Shown here: positions 51,622-53,905 of the stretch, in pieces | Layout: each line of letters begins with the position of its first letter | Position numbering within the stretch: position 1 is the first letter of the stretch | IMG/VR virus record: IMGVR_UViG_3300009964_000006 | Length of the DNA: 53,905 nt | Reading direction: 5' to 3' (one strand) | Origin: a virus | Translations under genes and position numbers: made by a program | The notes under the pieces: generated by a model | What the model was told of the DNA's origin: nothing | Database searches by the model: none | Seen by the model: the letters and a program-made list of their open reading frames with translations, nothing else

Positions 51622-52650
51622 TTATATACTCACCTCGCAATAGAAGGTGGCTTTTGAGTCAATATCGGTGGCAGACACCACGAGCGGATTGCCTGTTTTC
51701 TGTGCAGAGGTTGTGCCTGCAAAGTTCGATTTTGTGCCGTTCTTGTCGAACTTGGTCCACGTGTAGGTGAACTTCTTTGTAGCGGTGGCTTCGTCCTCAA
51801 TCTTTTCTGTGCCACGATACACTCGGGCGCAAAGCGTGGTTGAGCCTTGCCCGTTCTTTATTTGCAAACCTGTGGGCGAGAATATTTCTACTGAATAGGG
51901 GTCAGTGCGGTCCTCGAAGGTTACGATGGCTTCCGACTTTTCGGTACCGTCTTGCGCTTCACACTTGAAAGTTTGCACGTTCAGCACGTCGCTTGGCTTA
52001 ACCGTTAGGATAGATATTCCGCTTACCGTTTGTATGCCCTGTGAGAGCAGCTCCCACGTTTGCGTTTTAATATTCAGCGAGTACCAGCGAAAGGTAATGC
52101 CGTCAATGTCTTGCACTCCACCACGAAAACACTTAGCTTCTGCCGTAAGCGTATTAACGTTGTTGCTTGCATCGAAGCTGTTGCCTTTCGATTGGGTCAA
52201 TACCACTTGGAACAGCGCACCAGCGTTGGCGGTTTTTGCAACGAAGCCTTGCGTTTCGAGTATGGTGTTTTGCCCGGTTTCGTCGTCGTGGTAAGAAGCC
52301 GTTATTTTAATGGGTAGCGAGCTGCCTGTAATGTTGCCCTTAATAGTGAGGGCACCACCTGCCGATATGGCAGCCGCAGAGTATTGTCCGTTTGTTGTGC
52401 CAGCATTCACCACCGTACCATCAACGTTGTATATCAGTGCGGTGAGTCTGCTCACAAGGTTTGTGCCGTTGCCCGTAACGTAAACCTTTGGAGTAACCAC
52501 GTTGTTGTCGCTGCCAAAGTTGGGCGTGAACACCTTTGTGTCGGGGTTATACATCTGCACGGGATATTTAATATCCATCAGCAGCTGCACTTGTTTTGCA
52601 TCGTTGAGGTCTACTATAGTTACCTGTCCTCTTGCTTTAATTGTTGCCAT
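51622..52650 (-). CDS. Tail fibre protein with Ig-like repeats
   Basis: 342 aa. MATIKARGQVTIVDLNDAKQ is a typical fibre N-terminus, and the rest is Thr/Gly/Asn-rich beta-type sequence. Confidence 0.6.
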   Translation of the reverse strand: MATIKARGQVTIVDLNDAKQVQLLMDIKYPVQMYNPDTKVFTPNFGSDNNVVTPKVYVTGNGTNLVSRLTALIYNVDGTVVNAGTTNGQYSAAAISAGGALTIKGNITGSSLPIKITASYHDDETGQNTILETQGFVAKTANAGALFQVVLTQSKGNSFDASNNVNTLTAEAKCFRGGVQDIDGITFRWYSLNIKTQTWELLSQGIQTVSGISILTVKPSDVLNVQTFKCEAQDGTEKSEAIVTFEDRTDPYSVEIFSPTGLQIKNGQGSTTLCARVYRGTEKIEDEATATKKFTYTWTKFDKNGTKSNFAGTTSAQKTGNPLVVSATDIDSKATFYCEVSI

Positions 52651-52679
52651 TGCGTTTTGAATTTAATGTGTTATGAAAG

Positions 52680-53905
52680 TTATTCTATGTTTACTATACA
52701 GTCAATTTGTGCCTTCAGGTTCACCTCTTCGGCACTAATGGTTGTTCGGTTGCCAATTGCCTCGTGTCGGGCGTTCCATGCCGTATCGAAGTCGGTATTG
52801 CCTGATTGTATCACCCACGAGAATTGGTTCGGCAGAAGCGAGGCTGTAATGTCCTGCTCGCCATGCAGCACGGTAGCCACCAGCACAATTTGCCCCTGCC
52901 CATTGTGTATAATGTTGCCACCACTCTCCGACAGAATTTGCACCGTGTAGGGCGATGTGCCGTCTTCACCTTTGGTTGCGTAATGCTTCCACTTAGGCGA
53001 CTGTTCTGTGGGTTCGTCGGTGTTACCATCTTCGAGCGATAGCCACGTGCCACCACCATAATACCACGCTTCGTATCGAGCAGCCACCGTGCCTACGGTC
53101 CAGTCGCCACGATAAATCACGTTAGGAATGCGCTCGCCATCTGCACTTATCCATTCGAAGCGTTGGCTGTTCATATAAATCTTGTCGCTGGAAAGGTGGA
53201 ATATGGCGTTGCCTTTCGAGAGCGAAAAGTCGTGAATGTTGCGATACACCTCGATAGTGCCACCCTCCTCCTTAGAGGTGGTAATCATCGTAACGTTCAT
53301 TCTGTTGCGGTTCAGCGTAGGGTCAATGCCGTTAGCAATATCCCACAGCGTGTTATGCCCACACAGCACAATGTTGTCGCCAGCCATTGGTTCATCGTTC
53401 TCTATGCTTTTATCCCGATAAGCGTCATCAGCCGTAATAACGATATATGCCTTTTCAGTAGCCGATTTCTGTGCCACAGCCGACACACAACGCCAGTAGT
53501 AACGGTTGCTCACATTCTCGTAAACCCCAGCTTTAATATTGAACGTCTGGCACAGTGCTTGGTCGCCAGGCTCCCAATCGTTCGTAATAGCCTTTTCGCC
53601 ATCGTCCGTGTGTAGGTAACATTTCCAGCCACCCGTTACAGGCACAACCTTTTCTATTACGGCATTTGCGCCTGACAGAACGATATTGCCGCCAATATGC
53701 TTATACTCGTCAATCTGTAGCGAACGGAATATAGCCTTGCCAATTACCTCTAAGTAATCAATCTGTCCGTGCGCTCGCCCTTTTTCATCAAGCCAAACAC
53801 CAAAGCCGTTAATGGTGCGTTCAAATCCCAATGTCTGGATAGCCTTCAGCAAAGCATTGCCCTCGCCATCAATACCAGCCCCATTGTTAAATGCAACACC
53901 CTTTA
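52680..53905 (-). CDS. C-terminal part of the large Tal-like tail protein (unique part 52680..53778; joins 1..1982)
   Basis: Track ORF 52680..53852 begins at an internal TTG. The frame is open to the window end and continuous with 1..1982 through the overlap. Confidence 0.85.
   Translation of the reverse strand, partial: KGVAFNNGAGIDGEGNALLKAIQTLGFERTINGFGVWLDEKGRAHGQIDYLEVIGKAIFRSLQIDEYKHIGGNIVLSGANAVIEKVVPVTGGWKCYLHTDDGEKAITNDWEPGDQALCQTFNIKAGVYENVSNRYYWRCVSAVAQKSATEKAYIVITADDAYRDKSIENDEPMAGDNIVLCGHNTLWDIANGIDPTLNRNRMNVTMITTSKEEGGTIEVYRNIHDFSLSKGNAIFHLSSDKIYMNSQRFEWISADGERIPNVIYRGDWTVGTVAARYEAWYYGGGTWLSLEDGNTDEPTEQSPKWKHYATKGEDGTSPYTVQILSESGGNIIHNGQGQIVLVATVLHGEQDITASLLPNQFSWVIQSGNTDFDTAWNARHEAIGNRTTISAEEVNLKAQIDCIVNIE
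53779..53905. repeat. Terminal overlap identical to 1..127 (circular or permuted assembly; unique length 53778 bp)
   Basis: Direct comparison of the first and last lines of the window shows an exact 127-nt match. Confidence 0.95.

Noticed and set aside
1-53905. Retron or diversity-generating retroelement associated with the structured non-coding regions or the tail fibres
   Set aside because: No ORF on either strand shows reverse-transcriptase motifs (no YxDD-containing candidate), and I found no template/variable repeat pair near the fibre C-termini.

Overview
The window is a complete, circularly permuted genome of about 53.8 kb from a temperate siphovirus-like phage or excised prophage. 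Positions 53779..53905 repeat 1..127. The host is probably Bacteroidota: TAnnTTTG promoter boxes are frequent, and there is a Bacteroides-type tyrosine integrase, an HU-HIG-like protein, and DUF2693- and DUF3127-like proteins.

Layout:
- Late operon (minus strand), running from about 24453 down to 1 and wrapping to 53778..45396: small genes, ASCH, PAPS-reductase-like, ParB-like, TerS, TerL, portal, scaffold, decoration-like, major capsid, connectors, major tail, chaperone with a -1 frameshift, tape measure, Dit-like, a large Tal-like protein spanning the junction, tail fibres, two holin-like proteins, an M15 endolysin and a candidate unimolecular spanin.
- Lysogeny module (25.6-29.8 kb): integrase, an attP core resembling the 3' half of tRNA-His, and a CI/LexA-like repressor.
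- Early operon (plus strand, 29.85-45.3 kb): Rad52-like annealase, PD-(D/E)xK exonuclease, SSB, NinB, NinG, an SF2 helicase, a DNA methyltransferase, a DnaC-like loader, two tRNA loci and many small ORFs.

Most notable observations:
1. An IS1595-like insertion sequence with an 8-bp target duplication splits the tape measure gene. Removing it by hand restores a 1653-codon ORF.
2. A plus-strand accessory-gene island lies between the Dit and Tal genes. It encodes an XRE regulator and a protein with a PD-(D/E)xK nuclease module, a candidate defence or type IV restriction-like gene.
3. A tRNA-like gene has perfect acceptor, D and T arms but carries a structured insertion of about 140 nt where the anticodon arm should close.
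4. A duplicated promoter/operator module brackets a cassette holding a candidate small RNA, a structured non-coding block and a 2-TM protein.
5. Several tandem-repeat arrays are present: 12-mers next to int, and 22-mers at two distant loci.
6. Two covarying intercistronic hairpins share the same loop and the same flanking 8-mer.
7. A GC-rich tail-fibre block of about 5 kb has a boundary that falls inside the Tal-like gene.

All functional calls come from motifs read by eye and from gene order. No database search was run.
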